From contig OZ024741.1 of NCBI GenBank assembly GCA_964016885.1, forward strand, positions 65,472,001 to 65,536,000: a stretch of 64,000 bases of DNA, given 5' to 3'. Below, in pieces: positions 13,871 through 27,475 of this stretch. The position numbers and the translations under genes are program-made. Origin of the DNA: Eledone cirrhosa (Eukaryota). The notes below the pieces were generated by a model. It did no database searches. It saw nothing but the letters and a program-made list of their open reading frames with translations, and was not told where the DNA came from. Every line of letters begins with the position of its first letter. The first letter of the stretch is position 1.

Positions 13871-13979
13871 ACTGCCAATAATGTTGAATGTGAAGCAAAG
13901 AGAAGAGAGAAATACACCAACACACACATAATCATCACCATTTGATGCTTATAACTTAGCATGGAAAAATGAACGTTAA

Positions 13980-14199
13980 CCCTTTAGTGTTCAAACTGGC
14001 CAAAACCAGCCAGAATTCTCTACCTCTTTCTGCTCAAACTGGCTGTAACTGGTCACTCAAACTGATGTTAAGGTATTGTTCTCAAAATAAATACTTTCAA
14101 AATCTCATAGATTTGATATTATGTGAGATAATTATGTGAGGCAAAGCCTTTACCATGAAAATATAATAGTACATATAAAATAATGTGAATGCCAAAGGG
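13980..14199. mobile_element. piggyBac-type MITE (TTAA-flanked)
   Basis: ttaa|ccctttag ... caaaggg|ttaa; homologous copies at 18744-18961 and 31270-31476. Confidence 0.75.
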
Positions 14200-15177
14200 T
14201 TAAATAGTAATGATGATGATGACGGTGATTTCCATGCTTGCACGGGTTAGATGGGATGTCATGTACTGAGGCCAGATTGGTCAGTGAGCATGTACTGTTT
14301 GTGTGTTCTGTTTTTGGTATGGTTTCTATGGTTGGATGCCCTTGCTAATTCCAACCACTTTACAGCTTATATTGGGAGCATTTTATTGTGACTCTAGCAT
14401 TACCACTATAGAGGGTAGACTGGGTGCTTTTTGTTGTGTGACCAGCACTACAACCTTACTGTGTGAACTGGGTGTTTTTTTTCCATATGATGGGCTTCCT
14501 TACAGTTACTGCCTACCAAATTGGTCAACATGAGACTATAGTAGAAGACATTTGCCCAAGATACCAAGCAGTGAGATAGACCCCAAACCACATGGTTGCA
14601 AAATGAATTTCTTAACCACACATGCATACCTATGCCTATATATGTGTGCATATTTGTGTATATATAGGTATGTATGTAATATATATATATCATCCTCATC
14701 ATCATTTAATATCTATCCATGCTTGTCAAGTTCTGAGGCTACATGAAATCAAGTGATGTCTTACTCATATATTCTATTTTAGTTTACTTTCTATGGCTTG
14801 ATGCCCTTCCTAATGCAAATTATTTAACAGCATGTGTGTGTGTGTGTATATATACACTCTACCTTCCACACACCCTGATGCACCTCTCCTGTCCAACCCA
14901 CACATAGAAACATGGAAAACTGGACACACCTAACAACTGCTCTCCCACAGTCCTGCTGCCACAACAACAAAAATTTAGTCCACGCTGTGATGTGGTCATA
15001 CTTATGACATGGCAAAAAGCCCCTAGTTCATGCTCTAAATGTCGTTGGCATTGGAAAGGGCATCTAACCATAGAAACCAAGCCAGAAGCAGTTCTGTATG
15101 AGCAAGACATAGTCACCTAACATAACTTGTCTTATAATGTGAAAATAACTGTTAAACAGTTATGATATATATATAGA

Positions 15178-15833
15178 TCATCATCACCGTTTTACGTCCG
15201 TTCTTCTATGCTAGCATGAGTTAGATGGGTTGTTTTATTGTGTGCAGTGTCCAGTTGGCTGACCTTGTCTTGCTGATATGGGAACTGATTCTGGCTTGAT
15301 TTCTACAGCTGGATGCCCTTCTTAACACCAACCTCATTTACAGTGAGTGCTGGGTGCTTTTTTCCGTGACACCTACACGTCCCCTTTACAGTGTGAGCTG
15401 GGTGCTTTTTTGCTGTGGCACCTCCACGACCACTTTGCAGTGGGAGAGGGTGGGGGCATATTGTCTATATGCTTCAGCTTCGGCTTGTACCTGTGGGGGG
15501 TTGGGCCTTCTGTATTACTGCGTGACGCCAGAGTTCACGGTCGTGTGTCATCACCCTTGAGAGGTGCAATTGGGTAAGGTCGGCTTTTATAACCTCATCC
15601 CAGGTCTTCTTGGGTCTCCCCACTCCGCGGTTTCCATCGACTTCTAGTGCTCTGCACCTTTTTATGCAGCTGTCTTCCTTCATACGCATCACATGTCCAT
15701 ACCAACACAACCGCCTCTCCTGCACACAGCATTTGATTCCTCTTATGCTCAGTCACTCTCTCAATTCATTTATGCTTTGCCATTCGCGTATATTACTATT
15801 ACACATCCATCAGAGCATGCAGGCTTCGTTTCA
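15178..15833 (-). mobile_element. 5'-truncated RTE LINE
   Basis: ORF end QERRLCWYGHVMRMKEDSCIKRCRALEVDGNRGVGRPKKTW, 3'UTR and (cat)n tail. Confidence 0.9.
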
Positions 15834-16279
15834 TTGACAATTATTACACATGCATAATCCAGATAGACCAATTAAAGAGTAACAGATCGATCATTCACCT
15901 TGTTTTGCACCGTATTTTTTTTTTTTTTGCATTTGACAAGAGAGTTAAGACCCTGAAATATTATGTTGAAATATGCTGGGTAAAAACATTACTTTGTTTT
16001 GTTTTATTTGTCATCCTTTGCCTTTTATATATTTCTACCACACTGTACCAGCTTATCAGTCATTTATTACAGAGAGAGAGAGAAAGAGAGAGAAGATGTA
16101 TATGTGCACGTGTGTGAGGGACCCAGCTGATATTGTAAACAAATGAAAAGTTCAGAATGTGGCACAGATCAGCTCTTTCTCAGTGTTATCTCTTGTATTT
16201 CAATGTTTAGAGGTGGCAAAGGAGATAGAAGTGATAGGGAGTCAGTGTATAATAATAATAATGATAATAATAATAATAA

Positions 16280-16396
16280 TTGTTTCTACTTTTGGCACAA
16301 GGCCAGCAAATTACCCAGTGTATTACTGGTACTTTATTTTATCGACCCCGTAAGGATGAAAGGCAAAGTTAACCTCGGCGGGATTTGAACTCAGAA
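16280..16396 (-). mobile_element. SINE family A, 5'-truncated
   Basis: Reverse complement of SINE body and 3' end; abuts the CR1 tail. Confidence 0.75.
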
Positions 16397-16520
16397 TAAT
16401 AATAATAATGAAATTATTGTGTACAGTGCTCAGGTGCACTACAACTCATCAAAGGTGAATGTATAGTACATAGAATAATGTACAAATGTCAGGGAAGTGA
16501 ATAGTGTATGAGTCATGATA

Positions 16521-16551
<31 letters not shown>

Positions 16552-17410
16552 TTATAGAGGAGGAGTATTAGGTGTAGTGTTGGCGAATCTCAGGAAGCAT
16601 GAAGGTTTTAAAGGATGCAGTGTCTCGACAGCTAACAACTGATGCCGGGAGTTTGTTCCATGCTTCAGCAACTCTGAGCGTGAAAAAATGTTTCCGAAAG
16701 TCATGGGAACTGTGCTGTTTTCTGACTTTGGTGGCATGCCCATGTGTGTTAGACACATGGAAATCAAAAAGGTACTCAGGGTTGTTGTTGGCAAGATGAT
16801 TGATAATTTTGTGGGTGTTTACCAAGTCAGTTGCCAGTCGTTGGAGCTACAATGTATCCATGCCCAGGGAAGCAAGGCGCTCAGAGTATGGTAGATGCCT
16901 GATGGAGGGTATTCGCTTGGTTGCACGTCTCTGAACAGTTTCCAGGCGGTCAATGTCCTGAGCAAGATAGGGGTTCCAGACTGGTGATGCAAATTCTAAG
17001 TGTGGCTGCACCATAGCTAACAAAGGTCTTGCTGAGTGATGCTAAGACACCCTTGGCCTTCTTGACAATTTTAGAGACGTGCTTCGTCCAACGCAAATTG
17101 CTGCTGACAGTAATGCCCAGGTGACGTTCATAAGAGGACTTCTTGATATTAGTGTTGTGGAGGGAGTATGTGGACACTAGGTTTTTACTCCCAAAATGCA
17201 TGGTGATACACTTGTCCACAGCCAGCTTGAGTTGCCAGTCTGTGATCCATTGCTGCATTGTGTCCAGGTCTGGTTGTAGGAAAGAGTTGTAGATTTCAGG
17301 ATCAGTCCTTTTGATTTCAAGGTACAGCTTGATGTCATCTGCATATTTCAGTACTGTGGCATTCTTTAAGTTGGCATCTATGTTATTAATATATGCCACA
17401 AACAAAAGGG
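16397..17410 (-). mobile_element. 5'-truncated CR1-clade LINE
   Basis: FVAYINN...LKYADDIKLY...QPDLDTMQQWITDWQLKLAVDKC...HLGITVSSNLRWTKHV; C-terminal RKHFFTLRVAEAWNKLPASVV; (att)n tail. Confidence 0.9.
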
Positions 17411-17709
17411 TAATTTTCCTTTTATGTATGTATTAGGAGATGGGGTAATAATGTTTGTTTTGTTATTATTTTTCTTTCTTCTTTTATACTATTTTCCTTC
17501 ATCTTTCTACCTGTATCTTTCCATATGTGTAGGAGGTTGGTTGTGTTTGCCAATTCTTTGATATTTTTTTCAAGGGTGACATTGAATGTATAAGTAACTG
17601 TTCTGTGGCAGAATTTAAAAACAGATAAAAAGATTAAAAACTGGATGGCCATCACCCACTTTGTCCATGAAAGCTGAATATTTAGGTTAGATAATTTGAA
17701 AGCAAAACA

Positions 17710-17765
<56 letters not shown>

Positions 17766-18023
17766 TCTCTCTTCCCCCTCTCTCTCCCTCTTTCTCTCTC
17801 TCTTCCCCCCTCTCTCTCCTCTCTTTTCCCCTATCTCTCTCCTGCTTCTCTTCTCCTCTCTCTCTCTCCTCCTCTCTCTTCCTTACTCTCTCTTCCCTCC
17901 TCTCTCTCCTGCTCTCTCTTCCCCTAACTCTCTCCTTCTCTCTCTCTTTCTCTCTCCTTCTTTCCCCCTCTCTCTCTTCCACTAACTCTCTTTCCATTTC
18001 TCCCCCCTCTCTTATTCTCACAG

Positions 18024-18087
18024 GTGTTTATATATCTCAAGCAGACCACCATAGAGAGCTATATCCAAGGACATTGTCCTAAATTTG
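18024..18087 (+). CDS. Candidate exon after a long CT tract
   Basis: Acceptor cttattctcacag; phase-0 frame VFIYLKQTTIESYIQGHCPKF; donor uncertain (GC at 18088 or GT at 18094). Confidence 0.3.
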
Positions 18088-18292
18088 GCAAGAGTAAATG
18101 ATAAACAAATAATAATGTTGTGTTGATAATGTTGTTGTTATTGTTAGTGGTGATAGTGTTGTTGCTCTTATTGCTCATGCCAATGGTTTTGTTGTTAGTG
18201 ATTGGGAGGGTTGGACTCCAGGTCAACCCTGAGACAAAAGTCATACAATTGAAGGTCATTTCACTAGTGACATATTCTCTTTTCTTCCAAAA

Positions 18293-18485
18293 TAATTGTT
18301 TCTACTTTTGGCACAAGGCCAGCAATTATCCCAGTACATTACTGGCGCTTTATTTTATTGACCCCCATATGGATGAAAGGCAAAGTTAACCTCAATGGGA
18401 TTTGGACTCAGACCGAAAAGGGCCGTAACTCTATACTGCAAAGCATGACGTCCAACTCTCTACCAATACTGCCAAGTCACGGCCC
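18293..18485 (-). mobile_element. SINE family A copy
   Basis: Full body; ccaaaataat repeated on both flanks. Confidence 0.8.
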
Positions 18486-18743
18486 TTTTCTGCCAAAATA
18501 ATGTCACTGTGCACAACATTAACTGTGTCTATGAGGGTGTTTTGAGGGAGATTTGACTACTATTACTAGCTGGTCGAATGACCATGGTAAAATTCTTCTC
18601 ATTGGCTCATTGATGTTACTGATTAGCCTCAGGTCAAGGCTCATCAATTGCAGTCTTATGGTCAAAACCTTACAACTTAGACCATTCTATCTTTTCAGAC
18701 ACATTGTATCTATGACTACATTATGGTATGTATCCTTTTTAAA

Positions 18744-18961
18744 CCCTTTAGCATTTACATTACTCTGTATTTACTATTATATTTTCATGGTAGTGGCCTT
18801 ACCTCACATAATTATCTCACATAATATTGAATCTATGAGATTTTGATATTTATTTTGAGAACAATACCTTAACATCAATATGAGCAGCCAGTTATGGCCA
18901 GTTTGAACAGAAGGAGGTGAGAGAATTCTGGCTGGATATGGCCAGTTTAAATGCTAAAGGG
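18744..18961. mobile_element. piggyBac-type MITE (opposite orientation to 13980)
   Basis: TIR ccctttagcattta / taaatgctaaaggg followed by ttaa. Confidence 0.75.
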
Positions 18962-19581
18962 TTAAGGGGATAATGGTTAGAGTGTTGGGTTCATAATCAT
19001 GAGGTTGTGAGTTTGATTCCTGAATTTGGTGGTGCATTGAGTCCTTGAACAAGACACTATATTTCATATTACTCCAGTTCTCTTAGCTGGAAAATTGCAT
19101 TGCAACATCACTAGTGCTAGCTGTATAATCCTTTATTTTTCTCTCGGACAACATTGGTGGCATGGAGAGAGGAGATTGGCTTCCATATGTAACTTCTGGT
19201 CTTCCACAAAAGCACCTTGCTTGAGATTGTGCCACAGAGAAGAACTTTCTAGGTAGAAACCCATATTCAACCATGACCAGTGTGTGGGATGAAGGTGATT
19301 TGGCTGCTATTTCTAGCAGATTGAGCAACTATGTAGAGGTCACCTATTTGACTTCTCTTGTTGTTGGATGGGAAGATAGGATTTTTGTTTGTTTCTGTAT
19401 GGAAAAGGCACTGTGTTGTTGTTTAGCTGTAGATCAACACTGGTTAGGTTGACCTATGATCAAACATGTTCCTGTTGTGATCATTCATGTCTTCTTATCC
19501 CAGCCAGTTTGTACTTGTACATCTGGGATGACATTGCCTTTTTCTTTTAACTATTTTGTTATCACAATTATAATGTAATTG

Positions 19582-19790
19582 TATTGGTAGTATCAGTAGA
19601 ACGTCGGACAACATGTCTTGCGGTATATAGTTACGTCCCTTTACATTCTGAGTTCAAATCCTGCCCAGGTTAACTTTGCCTTTCATCCTTACGGGGTCAA
19701 TAAAATAAAGTACCAGTAATGTGCTAGGGTCGATTTACTCGATTTTCCCCTCCTCCCAAAATTGTTGGCCTTGTACCTAAATTAGAAACC
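19582..19790 (+). mobile_element. SINE family A copy
   Basis: Conserved body; aattataatg repeated on both flanks. Confidence 0.75.
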
Positions 19791-22529
19791 ATAATTATAA
19801 TGAAAAACTCAGCCTATCATCTTCATATAATTTAGAAAATAATCAAGAATTTGGTGAGATTTAGTAAAATTACTGACTTTATTATTATCAAACTGGCGTT
19901 TGGAGCATAACATAACAAAAGGTCTTACATAAAATTATGATAGAAGGCAGTAAAGTGGTTGTGTAGGTGTTACGACAAAAAGCACCCATTCCACACTGTA
20001 AAGTGGTCATGTAGGAGTCATGATAAAAAGCACCCAGCACACACTGTAAATGTGGTTGGCGTTAGCCTAGCCAGAAACTGTCCTATATGAGCAAGATACA
20101 GTCACCTGACTCAACTTGCCTCTAATGGGACAACCCATCTAACCCATGTTAGCGTGGAAAATGGATGTTAAATGATGATGGTGATAATGATAATGATGTT
20201 TTGAGCATAACATAACAAAAGTTCTTATATAAAATTATAATAGAAGTTTTTAGATAAATATAAAGACTTTAAGATAAACCGTTTTGTAATGTGGAAACAG
20301 TCAATTTTAAGCAGTTTGGTATCAAAAGGGTTAAAACAGTAACCTGTAATGATAGGCATATTTTACTGTTGTAAATGGAAGGGCAACTGACCAATTGCAA
20401 GAAACCTTGTAAAGCAATAGTAAATGAATAATGATGTTTACGTAGCGTAGAGAGAGAGAGAGTGCTTTGATGTTCTGCAACAGCATCATTGGTGATGGAA
20501 GGGTGCATTGGTTCTCACTTGATTGCTCACTTTTGGTTCCACAACCTTTTTTAGCTACACCCCCAATAAATGCTTCTGCAGACTGACTAAACATAATAAA
20601 TGACTTGGACGCTTATAGAGGAGATGGGCACCATCAAGTATTTCCAAGGCCCACAGAAATTCCACGATGGGCACACAGTCAAACATCTAGAGTAGCACCT
20701 CAATGACTGGATAAACCAGTTGCTGGAACTTGACTGATTTTAATTGAATTTTCTTCGTTGTTGTTGTTGTTATTTTCATTGTTCACTGTTCCTCATCGTT
20801 GTTGTTAACTCTATACTGATTAACCTTCAGCACGCTAGACATTTTTATGAATTGCTTCCCTTGACACTGCATTATGAATTAAGGGGAGGTTACTCAATCA
20901 GCACCTTATGTCGCCTAAAGCTTAAGCAAACTGTTTTCATGTAACTAAGAACACACATTATTCAATGATTACTTCGTTAAGACAACAAAGTTTTAATTTG
21001 ATGGAGATTTCACTGCTATTTAATATAGGCCACCAAATAACTATATAGAAGCTCCCTCACTGAATTATTACTGATGGTATTGATGGTGGGGAAAAGGGTA
21101 TATATTTATCAGTGTGGGTGTGGTGGTGGGGATCTATTTTGTTTTTTCTTCTTTTTTTCATAGGATGTACCTTATATATTCATATATAAGCCAAGAAATA
21201 TGTGACAAAAAATCGATGGTAAAATGGGTGTTGGCTTATATTCAAAGTTAATAATTTGCCAATTTTCAGCAACTTTAAATTCTACGAAAAAATAAGGGGT
21301 GACTAAAAATGTTTGTGCCAAAATATAGCTTCAAAAAAGGATCCTATAACAAGCAAGAAACCTTTGATGGGGCCTGTAAGGCTAACCTTTGCCTTAAAAA
21401 TTGCCTTAAAACACTTGCTACTTTCAAATTATGCTAGGGGTTGTTGTCACTGTGGAGATTGTGGAGGGAGGATAATTGATAATATATAAGTATCAGTGAA
21501 GCATTGAAGGTAGATTTTGTCAAACTATGCATTGAACTTCTCGGCAGAGCTGTACTGCTAGAGAGCGGGTCACAGGTGGCAGATAGCGATATGACCACCA
21601 GATGTAATAGTTAGTTGTGATATAAGAAAACAACTGCCGGATGAATAAGCTACCCCAGACCAACAGCGGTAAATTACTAGGGGAGATGGAGCAATGGGTG
21701 ACACTTGCAGCTCCCAAGAAAACTCTCACATCCCAGTGATGTAGCTACGATGAGGCGAGGAAAGGCTACCTCTAAATAAGCCTAGTCTTTACGGGTTTAA
21801 CACAGTACCAGATTGGTGACTGGCATGAATAAGACCACTGAAACTGAGACTGAAATATGATGAGGAAAACAAAGAAAACCATATTCATTCAATCTTTCTT
21901 CTTTAAAGTTTTGTAGGTTTGTGTGAATATCAGAAACTACCAACCTCATCCTTTTCATCGTTATTTTCATTATTTTAATTATTATGATGTCATGGTTTGT
22001 TATCAGTTTGCATATGACCTATGATCAAAGGTATTTTAGCTGAGACTCTCTCATTGTTTATGGTAGATGTATGTGTAACAAGACCTTAACACACCTCCCC
22101 ACCCAACCCCACTTATGTGACAGAATGTCATTATCTGTATGTTGACCTTTAATGTTAAGAAGTAATTAGTGTTTTATCTCTTACACAATCAAGCCTTTCA
22201 TTTCTATAATTCTAACAAAAGACTGTCTATGGTTTTAAATAATTTTGAAAATAATCAAGAATTTGAAGAGATTTAATAAATATAACTAACTTTTTCAATA
22301 TTAAGTTGGTGTTTGGAACATAGCTTAACAGTTCTTACATACAATTATGATGGAAGGTTTTGAGATAGAATGCCATGCATATCCCAGTTTTTGAAATAGA
22401 TACACTATATCTCTGATTGTTGTAAGAGGTGACTAGAAGGGTTGGCATCAGAAAGAGCATCCAGCTATAAAACATTATCTCAAAGCATCTCATTGAAATC
22501 CCTGGTATCAAGACTGGTGGATGTAGGAT

Positions 22530-23290
22530 CAGTCGGTTGGAATTTGCAGACAACATGGTACTACTTAACTCATCAGAAGGTAATCTCCGACATGCACTTG
22601 ATAGGTTTGATGCTAAGTGCTGCGTGACTGGAATAAGAATCTATGCTGCAAAGACTGAGACATTCTTCTTCTCAAGGAAGCCTGTGCTGTGCACTCTACA
22701 TGTGAGTGGAGTTCCACTGAAGCAGATGGAAAATTCCAAGTATCTCGGAGCCATGTTCATGAGTAATGGAAAGCAAGAGGCTGAATTAAGTGCAAGAATT
22801 GCAGGAGCTGGTGCAGTAATGTGCCAGCCTCTGCTTTTTATCATCAGAAGAAAGAAAGCAGGTATAAAAGCCAAACTCGCTATCTTCAATTCATTATTCG
22901 TACCACCTCTTACCTCTTTTCATATAACTTGGATAATGACTAAAAGAATACAATTGCAAATACAAATGGCTGAAATGGGGTTCTTCTGGGGGGTTTTTGG
23001 AATAATCTTACTTGATAGAGTGTGTAGCATGGAAATCAGAGCATCACTCCAGGTAGAGACATTACTTCTCCGAATTAAAAGATTACAGCTCCGATACTTC
23101 AGACATGCTGTTAGAATGCTTTAAGAAAGAATCACTGGACAGATTTTAGAGACAAAACCAACTGGCCGGAGACCCAGGGATGAACACTTGGGGATCCAGC
23201 TGGATCGAGTGGAAATAGTTGCTTCTGACAGGATCTGCTGGAAGGCAGGCTTGAGGTCTCTGCCGCCATAACCCTCCCAGGAATAATTGG
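22530..23290 (+). pseudogene. Rex3/Expander-like RTE LINE, RT C-terminal half
   Basis: EFADNMVLL...HALDRFDAKC...KYLGAMFMSNGKQEAELSARIAGAGAVM...KAKLAIFNSLFVPPLT...QMAEMGFF...LLLRIKRLQLRYFRH; GAA-rich tail follows. Confidence 0.9.
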
Positions 23291-23654
23291 GCAAAGAAGG
23301 AAGAGTAGGAGAAGAGGAAGAAGAAGAAGACCAACAACAACACCAACTACAATTTGCCCTAGGTGTCGGGAAGATACTTGGCAAGAAATAGAAACAAGAA
23401 TGGAGAAAGAGTAAAAGCACAAATAATAATAATAATGGTGAAAACTTGTTTCTATTCTAGAATTAGCTGATTAGAGAAATGATGACATCGTCTATCTATA
23501 AACCTAATTGTAGAACATCTGTATGTTATCTCAGAATAATCCAACAGCTTGAAATTACAACAAACAAGAATGAAGGAAACCATTTTCTTTAGATTCCATA
23601 TTTCACAGAGAATTATAAACAAAAACAAAAGAAATCACTAAAAATAGTAATGAC

Positions 23655-24547
23655 GACGATGATGATGATGATTATGGATGTGTAGGAGGTGGTGGTAGTG
23701 GTGAGGACAATTATTGCTTTTAAGATGATGATGATGATGGCTATATTGATGATTATGATGATGATGAGGATTATGATGGATGTGTTGGTGCTGGTGGAGA
23801 TGGTGATGGTGGTGGTGGTAGTGTTGGTGCTGGTGGAGATGGTGTTGGTGATGGTGGTGGTGGTAGTGTTGGTGCTGGTGGAGATGGTGTTGGTGATGGT
23901 GGTGGTGGTAGTGTTGGTGCTGGTGTTGCTGGTGGAGATGGTGTTAGTGGTGGAGGTGGTGTTGGTGGTGGAGATGGGGAAGATGGTGTCAGTGGTGGTG
24001 GTATTAGTGGTGGAGGGGAGGTGGTGTTGGTGGTGGAGATGGGGAAGATGGTGTCAGTGGTGGTGGTGTTAGTGGTGGAGATGGTGAAGATGGTGTCAGT
24101 GGTGGTGGTGTTAATGGTGGAGAGGAGGTGGTGTTGGTGGTGGAGATGGTGAAGATGGTGTCAGTGGTGGTGGTGTTAATGGTGGAGAGGAGGTGGTGTT
24201 GGTGGTGGAGATGGTGAAGATGGTGTCAGTGGTGGTGGTGTTAATGGTGGAGAGGAGGTGGTGTTGGTGGTGGAGATGGTGAAGATGGTGTCAGTGGTGG
24301 TGGTGTTAATGGTGGAGAGGAGGTGGTGTTGGTGGTGAAGATGGTGTTGGGTGTGTGTATTGGCGATGGTGGTGGTGTTCGTGGTTGACGTGGTGTTAGT
24401 GGTTGAGGTGGTGTTGGTTGTGGAGGTGGTGTTATGGTGGAGATGGTGTTGGTGATGATAAATATTACTATTAAGTGGATGATGATGATGAGGATTATGA
24501 TGATTATTATTATTTGGTTGATGATGATTATAATGAAGGAAATATTG

Positions 24548-24586
<39 letters not shown>

Positions 24587-24985
24587 ATATTGCCAATGAT
24601 GCCAATTTTTGCTATTAAGTTGTTGATGATGATGATGATTTCTGTACATGATGATGATGACTATGATGATGATGATGATGATGATAATTATGATGGCTAT
24701 ATTGTTGGTGATAATAGTGGTGATGACTATGATGGTGATGATGACGGAAATATTGATAGTGGTAGAGGTGGTGATGGTGGTGATGACGATGATGAAAATT
24801 ATTTTTATTAAGTTAACGATGACAATGATGATGAGAATTTTATGATGGTTATATTGTTGGTGATGATAGTGATGATGATGATGGTGATGGTGATGAGGAT
24901 GATGATGATGACAAAGATGAAGAAAATTATGAAGGCTATATTGTTGGTGATGATAGTGATGATGATGTTGTTGTTGTTGTTGACA
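23655..24985. repeat. GGT/GAT/GTA low-complexity tract including a 65-bp tandem unit (24111-24340)
   Basis: ttaatggtggagaggaggtgg... recurs at 24111, 24176, 24241, 24306. Confidence 0.85.
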
Positions 24986-25919
24986 GCAATTATTAGGAGC
25001 AGTATGAAACAGCCTGCAGGCATAAGAGACATCAATAATTAAAATAATTTTCAGCCAAATTTACTCAGCATTTATCATTATAAATCGGTCCAAAGTAAAC
25101 CATTTTGAAAAGCTAATGTTTAACACACGTACTAATATGATTTGGAAAATTGATTGGTAGAAAAAATATTGATGATAATATAATAAACATTCTGATTGCT
25201 TTATTTTGCTATAATCATAATAATCATCATCAATTGTAACATAGGCACTGGGCCAGAAATTATTTGGGAAGGGTCGATTAATTAAATCGACCCAGGGACT
25301 TAACTGGTACCTTATTTTATCGATAATAGAAGGATGAAAGGAAAATTATATTCTGGTTGTTTTTCTTAATTTGCCATGTGGGAAAAATACATATTGTTTG
25401 TACTACTACACATACACATAGAGATATACATACAAACATGTGTGCATGTGAAAACTTGTGTGTGTGTGTTTGTAAATAACTTAATAAGTACTATCAATAA
25501 GTCATATACTTTTAACAAAATATGTACATATATATATATGGAAACAAAGATGTAAAACTCTAATGATGATAGCTTTATATTGGAAAGAGGAAAGAAAGTT
25601 TGACGTGTTGGGCTTAAGCCCTTCTTCAGGAGTACAAATAGACACAGGATGACAATGGAGAAACATAAAGTACACTAGCAGCCGAAGTGCATTATAAAGT
25701 TATATCTGTATAAATACGTTGTGTAACTAAGACTGCACCAACATGTATAAATATATACACATCTCTATGTATGATAAAATGATATGTGTATATTTTTATA
25801 TACATTGTTGCAGTCTCAGTTACACACTCTGTATTTATACAGATATAAATCTATCATACATAAATATATATATATACATACATACACACATATATTTATA
25901 TATATATATATATATATAT

Positions 25920-27014
25920 ATCATCATCATCATCATCATCAACGTTTAACGTCCGTGTTCCACGCTTGCATGGGTTTGGACGGGGGTAGTCCCACTTGAG
26001 GCAAGAGTGATTGTCTTGCTCGCATAGGACTGTCTGGCAGGTTTTCTACAGCTGGATGCCCTTCCTAACACCAACCACATTTACAGTGTGGGTCTGGGAG
26101 GTTTTTACCGTGTTGCCTACACGGCCACATTACAGCGTGGACTGTGTGTTTTTTTGTCGTGACACCTACACGATCTCATTTGTTTCGGCCTCGATGGCGC
26201 GGCACCAACATAACTTTACATAGAACGGGGTGGTGTGGATGGGGTGGGGGTGGGGGTGGTGGGACGGGGTGTATTTTGTTAGAGATGCCTACTGGCTGGA
26301 GTAGGTTTTACTATATATTTAGGTAAGGCGGGTCTTCTCTGTTACTGAGTACCGCCAAAGGTCTCGGTCCAGTGACATTGTCTTGGAGAGGTGTAAGTGT
26401 GTGATGTCGGAGTTTATCAGCTCGTCCCAGGTTTTTCTAGGTCTGCCTATTCCGTGACTACCGTCTATCTTTATTGCCCTGCACTTTGTTATACAGCTAT
26501 CGACTTTCATGCGCATCACGTGACCGTACCAACGTAGCCTTCTCTCAAGTAAACAACATCTGATCCCTCTTATCTCTAATTTTTTCCTTAGTTCGTTTAT
26601 GCTTTGCCGTTCACGTATATTACTGTTACACATCCAGCGGAGCATGCAAGCTTCGTTCCTCTCTAGTCTGCGTATATCCTCTGCACACAATGCCCAGGTC
26701 TCACTGCCATGCAGCATTGCTGTTCGTATGCAGGCATCGTACAACCTGCCTTTCATTTTTAGGGAGAACCCTTTAGCAGCCAATAGTGGTATAAGCTCTC
26801 TGAACTTTTTCCATCCAGTTCTGACTCTAGCTACTGTACTTTCAGAGCACCCTCCCCCACTGCTGATTTTATCGCCCAGGTAACGGAAGCTGTCCACTAT
26901 TTCTATAGAACCCTCTGCGCAATTGAAAGAGCTAGTAGTTTGTGGGCACTTGCTGCTACTTATTGCACCAGAGCACCGGCCACATGTAAAATCTATGTTC
27001 TTAGTTAGCTTACC
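25920..27014 (-). mobile_element. 5'-truncated RTE LINE, (TA)n at both ends
   Basis: ORF DSFRYLGDKISSGGGCSESTVARVRTGWKKFRELIPLL...RRLRWYGHVMRM; 3'UTR; (cat)n tail. Confidence 0.95.
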
Positions 27015-27134
27015 ATATATATATATATATATATTCCTCGTTCTCTATAATAATATACTCCGCTCCGCGTGAGCATCGAGTGCTCAAACGGCATACCACC
27101 TACGGACGCATTTATTGCAACTTTACAACAACTA

Positions 27135-27465
27135 TATATTAGTATTGGTGCTCTGAAATAGCGATGTATACATGAATGTATCTATAGTATATTTGTCAAT
27201 ATATTGTATGTTTGATTAAAAACATTTTGAAGATCATTCGCTATGAGTTTTAAAGTAGTAACTATGTCACTTACTTATTCTTGGCAAAATCAAAGAAGAG
27301 TGATCGACAGCTGTTTTTCACTCATTAGCGTTTATCAAGACCATTCACTCCCTTGCTTCTGCTGAGATTTATAGAAGCTGGATTCTTATAGAATTCCAGT
27401 AATATTTAAGAGCTGATTAAACAGAGTGGTTGCAGGTCCAGCAAAAATTAGGTATTATATATACA
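27135..27465 (-). mobile_element. Penelope pLTR derivative with degenerate U3-A8 HHR
   Basis: Homologous to 49270-49535; minus strand ggtc-TTGATAA-acgctaatgagt-gaaaaac-agct-GTC-gatc at about 27300-27342. Confidence 0.6.
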
Positions 27466-27475
27466 TTCATATATA

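Noticed and set aside
23689-25042. Poly-Val/Met/His/Asp ORFs (also 10486-10989, 47621-47879, 54124-54534)
   Set aside because: Trinucleotide microsatellites that lack stops by composition
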